From assembly GCF_009914755.1 (NCBI RefSeq), contig NC_060929.1: DNA of 64,000 nucleotides. One strand, given 5' to 3'. Under the pieces are notes generated by a model. The model saw nothing but the letters and a program-made list of their open reading frames with translations, was not told the origin of the DNA and did not search any database. Shown here piece by piece: positions 1 to 11,505 of the stretch. Position 1 is the stretch's first letter. Each line of letters begins with the position of its first letter. This stretch comes from the human T2T-CHM13v2.0 reference genome, Homo sapiens. Position numbers and translations under genes: made by a program.

Positions 1-10
1 TAATTTTTCA

Positions 11-88
11 TACATATATATATGAATATATATATATATATGAGTGTGTGTATATATATGTGTGTGTGTGTGTGTATATATATATATG
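11..88. repeat. (TA)n/(TG)n compound microsatellite
   Basis: Directly visible dinucleotide runs. Confidence 0.9.
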
Positions 89-249
89 TTTTGTATTCTT
101 CACTAACTGCTTCTCCAGATTCACTGGGTTTTCTGTCAATTTATTTTTCTGAACAATCCCTTCTTTTTGCCTTCTGACCTGCTGAAATATCTATTGGTTG
201 CCCTTTATGTTCCTGTTTGCACCATGTTTTCTGTTTCCTGATTTTCTCT

Positions 250-900
250 CTGCTTGGGAATAACAAATCTATTAATAGTTCTCTGAGAAATGAGCTTGAA
301 AGATAGTTCTTTGAGGTACAGCAATGACCTTATTTTCTCCTAACACTTCATTGATATCTTGTTTAGCTATAGAATTCTAGGTTTGAAGCCATTTTCATCA
401 TATTTTGAAATGACTATTTGATTACTTTTTGTACTTCCAGTTTTCATTGAGAAGTCTATAGACATGCTGCTTTTTGAGCCTTTTATCACTGTCCTCCCAG
501 GAGGCATCTAACATATCCTCTGCCTCAAGGCTCTAAAATTTCACAGTGGTGTGCTTCATATGGGTCTAATTTCATCGGATTTAGCTTTTATAGAATAAGC
601 CCTTTGAATTTGGAAACTCAAGCCCTTCATCTGTTGCATTTTGTGGAAATTTTCTTGAATTATTTTGTTGATAATTTTTTCCTCTCTGTTCCTCTGCTCA
701 CTCATTCTGGAACTACTGTTATTTGGATATTGGATCTCCTGAACTGTTCCTTAATTCCTTAAACTTTTCCCACAAATTTTCTTTTTTTGTCTTTTTGCTT
801 AACTTTCTAGATTTTATTACCTTTATTTTCCAACTCTTCTTTTGCATTTTAAAATTTCTGTTATATTTTAATTTTGGTGCATTTTATATTTTGGTTTTTC
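250..900 (-). mobile_element. Ancient L1M-type fragment (antisense)
   Basis: T-rich; tagaattctaggttt...cattgagaagtc pattern resembles the antisense strand of old L1 elements; boundaries approximate. Confidence 0.4.
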
Positions 901-938
901 TACATATGTACTTGATATGTGTGATTATGTGTGGATAG

Positions 939-1390
<452 letters not shown>

Positions 1391-3174
1391 GTGGTCTGGT
1401 TTTATGTTCTCAGTATCTTCCCTCACTTTTCTGAAGATAGTAATTCATTATACATTTTTTTGTCTTCTTCTACCTGAATATTCTCTATTTCTATAGAGAT
1501 GGCTTCTATCCTTAATAAACTGCTCAAGATTGAGCATAAGGGATGAAAATCTGATGAGAAACGTTGAAAAAGTGACTTGGTTTTGTCAACAATGACAAGG
1601 ATATCCCTAAATTCAGAGATGATGGAAAATAAATATTGAATTTGTTAACATTACTTTTTTGCTCAGAGAGGGTCAGTTGTCTGGCTGCACAATCTGACTG
1701 ATTATTTTCACTCAACCAACTTTTACTCCTATTTCTGGAGGTTCCAGTAAGGGTTTCTAAGGTTCAATTTAAGTTTATTCTTGGTTTTGCCCATTGCAAG
1801 TCTACAATTCAGTTTTCTACAATTTGCTAGATCTATTACCACTTATCTGTGTGCAGTCAACTTCCACAATTATAGTGTCCTCCACTTTTATTCCCTATGT
1901 TTTTGTGTATCCCTTTAAAGATTCACTTTATTACTGTCCTCATTGAGTTCAATAAATAGTAAATGTGGAAATTACTGTTAAATCTACCATTTTTATTCAG
2001 AAGTTGACTTGAACTTTTTATCTACCTTCCAAAGGATTTTGTTCTTTTATTGAACATTCCGGGTTGATTTTATCTGGCACACGCAGTAAGACCATTTAAT
2101 ATAGATACTATACTCCTTTTATTTCAATAACAGTTTCTTAAATTGTATCTTTATGTCTTCTGTTTTATTTTTTTTCCAGTCACTCTAAGCATGTTTTTGG
2201 CTTTTCTTAGCCTACCCTCCTATCAATATGATTTCTCTCTTGTCTGTCATTAACTCTTTATTTCTATTTCACTTTCCTAATTTCTGCCGTTCTATCCCTT
2301 AATAATAGCTTTCCACAGTGCCTATTTTTTTCTGATTTTATTTTCATGCCTGTGATAGAGTTTATTTTTTAATCATTTCTTTATTTCTTTGTTCTTTGAG
2401 CTGACATTTCATCTTACTATCATATCCCTGAGCTCTTACATTTCCCTTTGTTGTTTATGAAGATAGAGGCAAATTCTTCATATGTTTTCAAAACCAGGTG
2501 CCTAATGTTTTTCTCAATTTCATGGCTTTTTTTCTGGGGGCAAAAGGAAGTGGTAGTTTTTCATCTAATTTTTTTTTTTGATACTTTGTGTCAGTGTTAC
2601 ACTATTTTTCTTTTTTAGATAAATGACTCATCTCTGAAAAAAATTACATTTTTCCTGGACAAGCAATTCAGCATAGATTTATTTTGGTAGGAGTGTTTGC
2701 TATAATTCTTGGCTTGCTGATTTCCACAAAGAAAAGACATAGATTTTCTCTGCTGCTTCAGATTAAACGTGCTTCATGAAACTAGGGTTTAAGTGTTTAA
2801 TTCTTTCTGTACCTGTGTCTTTTCTACTTCTCTGAAACCAAATGTTGCCATCAGGGTTTATTCCGCCTGTCCAGCTCACCTGAGTTCCTGAACTTAGAGT
2901 TGTAAATGCAGAGTAAGTTTTATGCCCTACATTTTCAGGCAGTGTATTTTCTTGGTGCTTTCTGAGATCTCTTACCCTTGAACCCTTTGGGCACTGACAC
3001 TGATCTGCTTAGCCTCTCATTTCCCCCTGTTTCCAAATGATCCTGCCCAACCTCAGAAGCTTTTGGAAATTCTAAACATATTTTGGTGACTAAAGGTATT
3101 TTGGTGACTATGTATTATTCCATCTCTTCATTTTTAAAGCTAGAGTTAGAGGTATTTTATTTTTATTCCCTATT

Positions 3175-3352
3175 GTTTTCTAAATAGCCTCATCAGTGTA
3201 TAATTTACATTCCACAAAATTTTCTTCATATATATATTACATTTTACTGATATTTGGTAAATTTATACAGTTATACAATCATTACCACAATCTAGTTTTA
3301 CAAATTTTCCATTGCTCCAAAAGTTACCTTGTGCCTATTAGTAATCAACTCC
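3175..3352 (-). mobile_element. Old L1 (L1MB/L1ME-like) 3' end fragment
   Basis: gtataatttacat...aatcattaccacaatctagttttacaaattttccatt resembles an antisense L1M 3'UTR. Confidence 0.55.
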
Positions 3353-3410
3353 TGTTTTGTTTTTGTTTTTTGTTTTTTGTTTTTTTAATATTTTAAAGTT
3401 TCTCAGTTAA

Positions 3411-3706
3411 GACTGGGCACGGTGCCTTATGCCTGTAATCCCAGACCTTGGGAGGCTGAGGTGGGAGGATCACTTGAGCCAAAGAGTCCAAGACCAGCCT
3501 AGGCAACATAGTGAGACCCATCTCTACAAAAGAAATTGAAAAATTAGCCGGGTGCGGTGGCATGCACCTATAAGTCCTAGCTACTCAGGAGGCTGAGGTG
3601 GGAGGATTGCTTGAGCCCAGGAGCACTGCAGTGAGCAGAGATCAGGCCACTGCATTCCAGCCTGGGCGACAGAGTGAGACCCCATCTCAAGAAAACAAAA
3701 AACAAA
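3411..3706 (+). mobile_element. AluJ
   Basis: gaggatcacttgagcc and ggcaacatagtgagaccc (J-type). TSD aaagtttctca(g/t)tta at 3395-3409 and 3707-3721. Confidence 0.9.
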
Positions 3707-4409
3707 AAAGTTTCTCATTTATATAGCTATGATCATTTCAGAAATGACCTATGCTATGTTTTCATTATTAATAATTCTAAGAAAGGTAATGAAAGTTTAA
3801 TGCGGTAGAAGAGTAAATAATTCAACATAAAACTACCTCTTGGCATTTATTCTTCTTCTGTTAGGTTTTTTGAGAAGATTTTCCTAGAGGCTCTCAGATA
3901 ATCTTTCTCAGAGGGTGAGATCATGTGTGATACGCTTAAAGCACTGGGGTCAGTCGGGGCACACTGGTGTTCATTGCTGCTGTGATTTTGTTGTTGTGAA
4001 ATGATTTTTCTTTGCCGTGTAATGTTCTGGAGGTTCCATGAAATCCACTGATAATTCTTTAAAGGAGAGGAAGCCAGCTTAAACTAAAGGTTCTTAATTA
4101 TTTCAAGCAAATTAATATAATTTTTAAAATAAATTTTACACATATTTTTCTTAGAACAATTTCGCTATGTTCAAAATGTATCATGATCTATAGAAAAACT
4201 GAAAATCATGAGAATTCTAGTTTTAATTTTATTCTCATCATTCTCAATAGACACTTGGGTGAATAACTCTGGGAAAATCTCTCTGATATCTTCTCTCTCT
4301 CTCTGTCTCTCTCTCCAGGCCCACATATCCACACATTTAGGAACATACATGTCAGAAAAGCATATCTAATTCTATGTGCATATATATGCATACTTTCAAA
4401 ATAAAGTCC

Positions 4410-5600
4410 TTCATTAATTGGAGTATAGCAGATAAATATATCTTAAGCAGCAGTTCAGTGAATGTTCACATATTAAATGCACACATATGACCACCACCTG
4501 GATAAATAAAAGAACATTACCAGCACTCCAGAAGCTTCCCTCTTCTTGATTCTTGATCATTATTCCAACAGCAAACCATATAGGTTAGCTTTACCTGTTT
4601 CTGAATTTCACATAAATGGAATAATACAAAATGTATATGGCTTCTTTCATTTTTTGTGAGATTCATCCATGTTGTTGCAAGTAGTATTTCAAGTATTTAA
4701 TTGATGTATTGTTTTTCATTACATGAATATACTACATTTATTCTGTTCTTGATGTAAATTTAGGTTATTTTCAGTTTTGGAGTATGAATAATGCAGCTAC
4801 GAAAATTATTCTATATATATTTAGGTGTATGTATGTATATATATATATATGTATTTCTATTGGGCATATATCTAAGAGAGAATTACTGACTCATAGGGAA
4901 TATGTATGTTCATTTTAGTTGATACGGGTTTTCTCAGTGATAGAACCAAGTTATATTCTCACTAGCAGTGTATGAGAGTTCCAAATTTTCCACTGCCTTC
5001 ACAATGCACAGTATTATCTATCTGTTTTTTTGTGGATCCATCACGTTATCCCATAGTAATTTTAAGTTGCTTTACCTTGATGATGAATAAAGTAGAGAAT
5101 GTTTTTATATGTCTATTGAGTATTTGCATACTCTTTTGTGAAGTACTCATTCAGGTTTTCTTTGTCACTTTTCTGCTAGGTTTGTCCTTCCTTTTTTCCT
5201 TATTTGTATAAGTTTATTATATGTTCTGGGAATTGGTTCTTTTTCATAAAATCTATTGAATTTTTTTTCTCCTGCTCTGTAATTGCCCTTTATTATTTTC
5301 CTAATGGTGTTTTTAAAGAACAAGGTTCTTAACTTTAACATAATGTAATGTATTAGTCTGTTTTAATGGTTAGTGCCTTATGCCCTATTTATAAAATCTT
5401 CACATACCCAAAAGTCTTGCAGATATTTTCATGTAAGTTCTAGAAACTTTTTAAAGCCTTTTTCTAAAATAAACCTTTATGTTTACATCAACAGGTCATC
5501 CATTGTAGGATGTAGGGGATCCGTTTTTACTTTTTTCCCTTATATGAATATCCTACTGATCTGGCACTAATTACTTAAAAGACCACCCTTTCTCCAAACT
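4410..5600 (-). mobile_element. Old L1 (L1MB/L1ME-like) 3'UTR plus ORF2 end
   Basis: gaacattaccagcactccagaag, ttgtgagattcatccatgttgttg and cagtgtatgagagttcca match the antisense L1M 3' region. Confidence 0.65.
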
Positions 5601-6512
5601 GTAAGCTCTATTTTATATTTCTATTACTTTGCTAATTTTTTTCAAGTCTCTTCTTCCTACGTTTTTCACAAATCTCTTTTTATGCTTCTTGCAATATGTC
5701 TATCAATGATTTTATTTTTTTCTCCCTTTTTTCCTTAGCCCTGCCAGTTTACTTTTTATCTTTTTTAAGCTTATTTGTCTATTAATTGAGTTTTTTTTTT
5801 GAAGAGGCTGTTTTTTTAAATTTATGTACAATTTGTACCTGCTTCTGATGAGTATTCTTAAGTTTGCAATATTTCTTTCTTCTTATTCATCAGTATATTT
5901 GCAGACATGGTGCTGCTGGCCTTTTTTCTTCTTTTTCACCTCCTTCTCCTCATCCCCTCTTTTCTTCCTTCTTTTTATTGTTCATAATCACGTATCTCGA
6001 GTGGGTATAATGGAGGTGTCTTAATCGACTGGCAGAAAAGGAAGAATCAGCTGGCGGTTTGAACTTTGTCCTCATAACTACATATTTTTTTTCATTTTTG
6101 TTTCTGCCTGAACTAGTGAATTTGTTCTAGACTAGCAGAAAGTCTTTTTGTTTCATAAGGATGTCAAGCATGTCTATTTTGGGTATGATACTTTACATCA
6201 GGAGTGTAGATCAGTATAGTTTCCGTTTCACCTTATCTTACCAAGAACTTACTCGGTAAAAATAGTATATCAGGATGCTAAATGAAATTTACGAGTCCCC
6301 TGGAAAATAACTTCTTATTGCCATTCCAAACAACAGGTCATTGGTTTTCCTCCTTAGGGTGAATCCTTATTTTGGAAGACTCATGCTGTGTCCATTCTGT
6401 CTCTCTCCTTCTCCGTGATCTGTTATGGGGTTATGGACACAGTCAATTGTTGTTTTATGTATAGCTAGAGGTTCATTTGCAATATTTGAGCCTATGAACC
6501 TGACATTTGTGC

Positions 6513-6903
6513 TCTCACTCATATATAGAAATCAAAAAGTTGATTTCATAGGACTAGAGTGTGGAATGTTGGTTACCAGGGGCTAAGCCAGCTGGAGAGA
6601 GGGGTTGGGGAGATTTTTGTCAAATGATACCACATTTCAGTTAGATAGGAGGAATAAATTCAAGTGATCTATTGAATACATGATGACTATAGTTAATAAC
6701 TATATTATATACTTTAAAATGCTAAAAAAAGATGATAAATGTTCTCACCACAATAATAACTATGTGAGGTAATGAATACATCAATTAGCTAGATTTACTC
6801 ATCCCACTATATGTATATTCTCTATATATTATATATATATACTTCAAAACATGTGGTACATGATAAGTACATGGAATTTCATCTACCAATTACAAATAAT
6901 AAA
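6513..6903 (+). mobile_element. L1MA-type 3'UTR
   Basis: ggttaccagggg...tttcagttagataggaggaataaattcaag...atgttctcaccaca...tatgtgaggtaatg, ending in an A-rich tract. Confidence 0.75.
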
Positions 6904-7043
6904 ACTATTTTAATTTTAAATAATATAAATATTACAAACCATTTTTGTTATGAAATACCATACCAAAAATGTATTAACATTTTCATTTAGATGCTTTAGT
7001 TTATCGCTGGTTTTCTTTTTAAATAAATCTTTTAAAATTAACC

Positions 7044-7069
7044 CTGATTTTTTTAATTTTACTTTTCAG
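7044..7069 (+). other. CHSY3: 3' splice site of the last CHSY3 intron (branch point, polypyrimidine tract, AG)
   Basis: ctgAt branch-like motif at 7044-7048, then a T-rich tract and ttttcag|ATG; family similarity begins right after the AG. Confidence 0.85.
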
Positions 7070-8632
7070 ATGCAACAACTGTTCCATGAAAATTATGAAC
7101 ACAATCGGAAGGGTTACATCCAAGACCTTCACAATAGCAAAATCCATGCAGCCATAACACTTCATCCCAACAAAAGGCCTGCATACCAATACAGGCTGCA
7201 TAATTACATGCTCAGCCGCAAAATTTCTGAACTTCGCTACCGCACCATCCAGCTCCACAGGGAAAGTGCCCTGATGAGCAAGCTCAGTAACACAGAAGTG
7301 AGCAAAGAGGACCAGCAGCTGGGAGTGATACCTTCTTTCAACCACTTCCAGCCTCGGGAGAGAAATGAAGTGATAGAATGGGAGTTCCTGACAGGGAAGC
7401 TTCTATACTCAGCAGCTGAGAACCAGCCCCCTCGACAGAGCCTCAGTAGCATTTTAAGAACAGCACTGGATGATACCGTCCTACAGGTGATGGAGATGAT
7501 CAATGAGAATGCCAAGAGCAGAGGACGGCTCATTGACTTCAAGGAAATTCAGTATGGCTACCGCAGAGTTAACCCCATGCACGGGGTGGAGTACATTTTG
7601 GATTTACTCCTTTTATACAAAAGACACAAGGGAAGGAAACTGACTGTGCCAGTGAGACGTCATGCCTATCTTCAGCAGTTGTTCAGCAAGCCTTTCTTCA
7701 GAGAGACCGAAGAGCTAGATGTCAACAGTCTTGTGGAGAGTATTAACAGTGAAACTCAGTCATTCTCCTTTATATCTAATTCTTTAAAGATATTATCTTC
7801 TTTTCAAGGTGCCAAAGAAATGGGAGGGCACAATGAAAAGAAAGTACACATTCTCGTTCCTCTCATCGGAAGGTATGACATTTTCTTGAGATTCATGGAG
7901 AACTTTGAAAACATGTGTCTTATCCCAAAGCAGAATGTAAAGTTGGTCATTATCCTTTTCAGTAGGGATTCTGGCCAAGACTCCAGCAAGCATATTGAGC
8001 TGATAAAAGGGTACCAGAACAAGTACCCCAAAGCAGAAATGACCCTGATCCCAATGAAGGGAGAGTTTTCCAGAGGTCTTGGTCTTGAAATGGCTTCTGC
8101 CCAGTTTGACAATGACACTTTGCTGCTATTTTGTGATGTTGACTTGATCTTCAGAGAAGATTTTCTCCAACGATGTAGAGACAATACAATTCAGGGACAA
8201 CAGGTGTACTATCCCATCATCTTTAGCCAGTATGACCCAAAGGTAACAAACGGGGGAAATCCTCCCACTGATGGTTACTTCATATTCTCAAAAAAGACTG
8301 GATTTTGGAGAGACTATGGATATGGCATCACCTGTATTTACAAAAGTGATCTTCTAGGTGCAGGTGGATTTGATACCTCAATACAAGGCTGGGGACTAGA
8401 AGATGTAGATCTCTACAATAAAGTCATTCTATCTGGCTTAAGGCCATTCAGAAGCCAAGAAGTAGGAGTGGTGCATATTTTCCATCCAGTTCATTGTGAT
8501 CCTAACTTGGACCCTAAGCAGTATAAGATGTGCTTAGGATCCAAGGCAAGTACTTTCGCCTCAACCATGCAACTGGCTGAACTCTGGCTTGAAAAACATT
8601 TAGGTGTCAGGTACAATCGAACTCTCTCCTGA
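7070..8632 (+). CDS. CHSY3: Terminal coding exon of chondroitin sulfate synthase 3 (C-terminal 520 aa, includes the GT7-like beta-1,4-GalNAc-transferase domain); upstream exons lie outside the window
   Basis: Only long ORF in the window. Translation MQQLFHENYEHNRKGYIQDLH...WLEKHLGVRYNRTLS* is recognisable as CHSY-family. It has the DXD motif (FCDVD, DVD at 8135-8143) and the GT7 motif GWGLEDVD (W at 8390). Exon starts in phase 0 after ttttcag; TGA at 8630-8632. Confidence 0.95.
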   Translation: MQQLFHENYEHNRKGYIQDLHNSKIHAAITLHPNKRPAYQYRLHNYMLSRKISELRYRTIQLHRESALMSKLSNTEVSKEDQQLGVIPSFNHFQPRERNEVIEWEFLTGKLLYSAAENQPPRQSLSSILRTALDDTVLQVMEMINENAKSRGRLIDFKEIQYGYRRVNPMHGVEYILDLLLLYKRHKGRKLTVPVRRHAYLQQLFSKPFFRETEELDVNSLVESINSETQSFSFISNSLKILSSFQGAKEMGGHNEKKVHILVPLIGRYDIFLRFMENFENMCLIPKQNVKLVIILFSRDSGQDSSKHIELIKGYQNKYPKAEMTLIPMKGEFSRGLGLEMASAQFDNDTLLLFCDVDLIFREDFLQRCRDNTIQGQQVYYPIIFSQYDPKVTNGGNPPTDGYFIFSKKTGFWRDYGYGITCIYKSDLLGAGGFDTSIQGWGLEDVDLYNKVILSGLRPFRSQEVGVVHIFHPVHCDPNLDPKQYKMCLGSKASTFASTMQLAELWLEKHLGVRYNRTLS

Positions 8633-9470
8633 CAGTCCAGGCAACACATTTTGCCTTTTTTAAGGGGAGTTTACCTCATTGTTGGTTGTTGTTATTTTTA
8701 TTGTATTATTGTTATTTTATTATTATTATTGTTATAATTTTATTTTGTTGTCCTGGTCTTAAACTACTCTTGGTTGTCTTCCTAAGGGTGTTTGTTGACC
8801 TCAAGCAAGAAGAGTCTGCAGTTCACTGATGTTTCAGATTTCTACTGAAGTCAATATGTTATTACTTTTATATAACTTTATTTGAGATTGAGTTAAATCA
8901 TAGCAATCAAATGACTTTTGAAACGCATTCATCACAAGAGACAGCTTAGAAGAATGTTCTCTTGGGGCTTAAAGATGCAATATCGACTTTTATTTGGTTT
9001 CTCAAATTCAATGTGATACAAATATTTACTGGTGAAAGGTACCACAAAAGTGCTTTATGCTTCCTATGGGGAAGGGACTCTGTAACATAAACTTGAGTTT
9101 TGTAATTTATACAAGGACTTAAATATATAAACAATAATTTTCTTCATCTTTAGAATTTTTAAAGTAAATGAATACCTATGATTGTATGTTTATTTTTTAA
9201 AAAAAGTTTTAAAAATTGAGGAGTTTTGTTCCACAAGCAACCGGTACTGGCTACCCTGGTCTTATGACAATTATGAGCTCCTCACAACTGTCTGCTATAA
9301 ATGCGAATGAACTTTATTTTCTCAAGGAAATATGATTTAATTAAATATTCATGTACATTTTAGAAGCTTTATGAAACAATGTCCTTCATTTGCTGGCAAG
9401 AAGATAAAATATGACAGAACCTGTTTATTTAAAATAAAACACAGGTATAGCAGTATTCTTTTTCAAAAAC
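8633..9470 (+). other. CHSY3: CHSY3 3'UTR (3' end approximate)
   Basis: Repeat-free AU-rich sequence between the stop codon and the first canonical poly(A) signal. Confidence 0.7.
8678..8750 (+). repeat. (TTA/TTG)n low-complexity tract in the proximal 3'UTR
   Basis: attgttggttgttgttatttttattgtattattgttattttattattattattg... Confidence 0.85.
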
Positions 9471-9500
9471 ACTGACAAGGTTTTGTTGTTTCCTTTTATT
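9433..9500 (+). terminator. CHSY3: Polyadenylation signal AATAAA with downstream GU/U-rich element
   Basis: AATAAA at 9433-9438; TGTA at 9352-9355 upstream; ttttgttgtttccttttatt at 9481-9500 downstream. An alternative ATTAAA lies at 9340-9345. Confidence 0.7.
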
Positions 9501-9969
9501 CACACTTGATATGTTTCTGTTCATATTCACCAAAACATGCTTGCTGAGCAGCTTGAAAAGTTAACAAGGGATTATGGTATGCTGTTTGTTTTATTATACT
9601 GGAAAACCTAGCCTTCATAAGTGATTAAACTGAGCAATTTCTTTACTCAATAATTTACCATCTGGGAGAAACATCCTTCCTCAATCTCTTCAGCTTTGGG
9701 ATCAAGCTGACCCAAGAACAGTTCAAAAATTGCCTTTAATATGGGTTGGTAGGTATCTCAAAAGTCACTGGAGAAATTATTAATATGACATCAATTTTAT
9801 AATTATTAAAAATACGTCAGGAAATATCTCATTTAGTTTTACATATCATTCTTTCTTTGACCTGGATCAGTGGTGTCCAGTTTCTAGAAAAGCATAATTG
9901 GATTAAAGAAGTGTAAGAGAAAATGAACATCCATCCAATGGAGTGTCATTAAGGCATATTATAAAATCT

Positions 9970-10230
9970 TATTTTGTAAATAGGTAATACATTTGCATGG
10001 TTCCAAAATCAAACAAAATTTTTAAATGCCTAAAGCTGTTGGCCTCACTCCCCATCCACCCATATCTGTCACCTGACTACACATGACCATTGTTTGGGCT
10101 GTGTGAGTGTTTTGTGCATGTCTTTCTAGAGTTTCTGAAGCACACATTTTACTTTTTTAACCCTCTATACACAAAATGCAGTATATTATACATATTGTTG
10201 TGCACTTTGATGTTCTGTTTCTACTTAATG
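9970..10230 (-). mobile_element. Very old L1ME-like 3' fragment
   Basis: taggtaatacatttgcatggttccaaaatcaaac and tatacatattgttgtgcactttg resemble an antisense L1ME 3' end. Confidence 0.4.
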
Positions 10231-11309
10231 GAAAAATAATTTGCATCAAAATTGATTTGAAAGTGATTGTTGTAAATTGTTGCCATTATTTTTAACTGAA
10301 TGCCATGAGGCCACATATCATTTGCCTTGGTGATGTATTCCTTACATGTTGACAGCCTCTTTTACTGAAGACATTTTGGGATCCTTAACAAATATCATTG
10401 CTTAATATTAGGACAAACAGGATGGCAGTATCCTTGACTATAACTTGTAATCCTAATACTGTCAAATTCATTAGAAAATAATTAATGGCATCTTTAGATG
10501 TTAAAATGCTCATCTTGACAGGGCAAACAATTCAAAATTGATCTCTGCTCTAATATTGTCTCTGGCTTTCACAAACCCTCACTCTAATAACTTACTTTCC
10601 CATATTACAAGACCTCGCTGTCTTGCAGGTTTTATTTTCCTGAACAGTAAATATATTAGCATTCAGCAAACATAGTCATTTGGGAAGATCTATTACCAAA
10701 TAATAAGTATTAAGTATTTTGTTAATGAAGAAAGGAAATCAGGGACTGATCTTTAACTCAGACAAATGAAATACGAAGGAGCTTCACAGAGGTAATAAAT
10801 GTAAAGGCCTAGTTTAAAACATTCCAAGACTTAGAGAGTTATGAAGCAGCTGCCAGGGGATGAAGTGGCATTCTGTATTACATGATGAAACCATGCTGAT
10901 GAACCAAGGGAATGCAGAGATCTCATTTGAACTTAATCACACATGTATACACTATACTGCTAGTATATGTGCATTTTAAATCTATTATATAATTTTGCAT
11001 TCAGCCTTCATATAATCTTCAGGCAATGCAGTATTACCTGACTGAAAATATGGGGAGAATGATATAGTAAAATTGAGTGTTTTTCTATCCGTGTAGTATC
11101 AATTACCTAAAGCCTTTAAGTTTGAAGGGCAACACACTATGAATGCAACCAAAAAAGCACAATATATGCATGTGAAGTAGTCCATACATTGTAGTGTTAC
11201 CTTATTTGGATGGCTGTAGATGTTCTGTTTCAATGTCACCCCAAGAATAATTTCATCAGCATTCAATGTCATATTACTGATCATCTGCTGTCCACTCAGC
11301 ACCACACTA

Positions 11310-11505
11310 TGCATTTTATTTTTAAGTGTAATCCTCAGAACAGCTCTCAGAATATCGGTATTACTTTCTTCATTAAACAGATATGGAAATTGAAGCCACC
11401 ATGGTTAAGTAACTTGTCCCGGGTTCACACAGTTGGCATGCTGTAGAGGTAAGATTTAAGCAAAAGCCTGTCTGAATGAAGCACCTGTTTTTTCACTCTA
11501 CCCCA
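11310..11505 (-). mobile_element. MIR
   Basis: taatcctcagaacag...acagatatggaaattgaag...ggttaagtaacttgtcccgggttcacacag is the reverse complement of the MIR core. Confidence 0.75.

Noticed and set aside
6950-7069. Treating the 560-aa ORF as a complete single-exon gene or retrocopy
   Set aside because: The first 40 codons are intronic acceptor sequence (branch point, pyrimidine tract, AG), and the N-terminal CHSY domains are absent. There is no poly(A)/TSD signature. This is a terminal exon.
7019-8184. Antisense ORFs (66-126 aa) overlapping CHSY3
   Set aside because: Shadow ORFs of a coding exon with no recognisable protein features.
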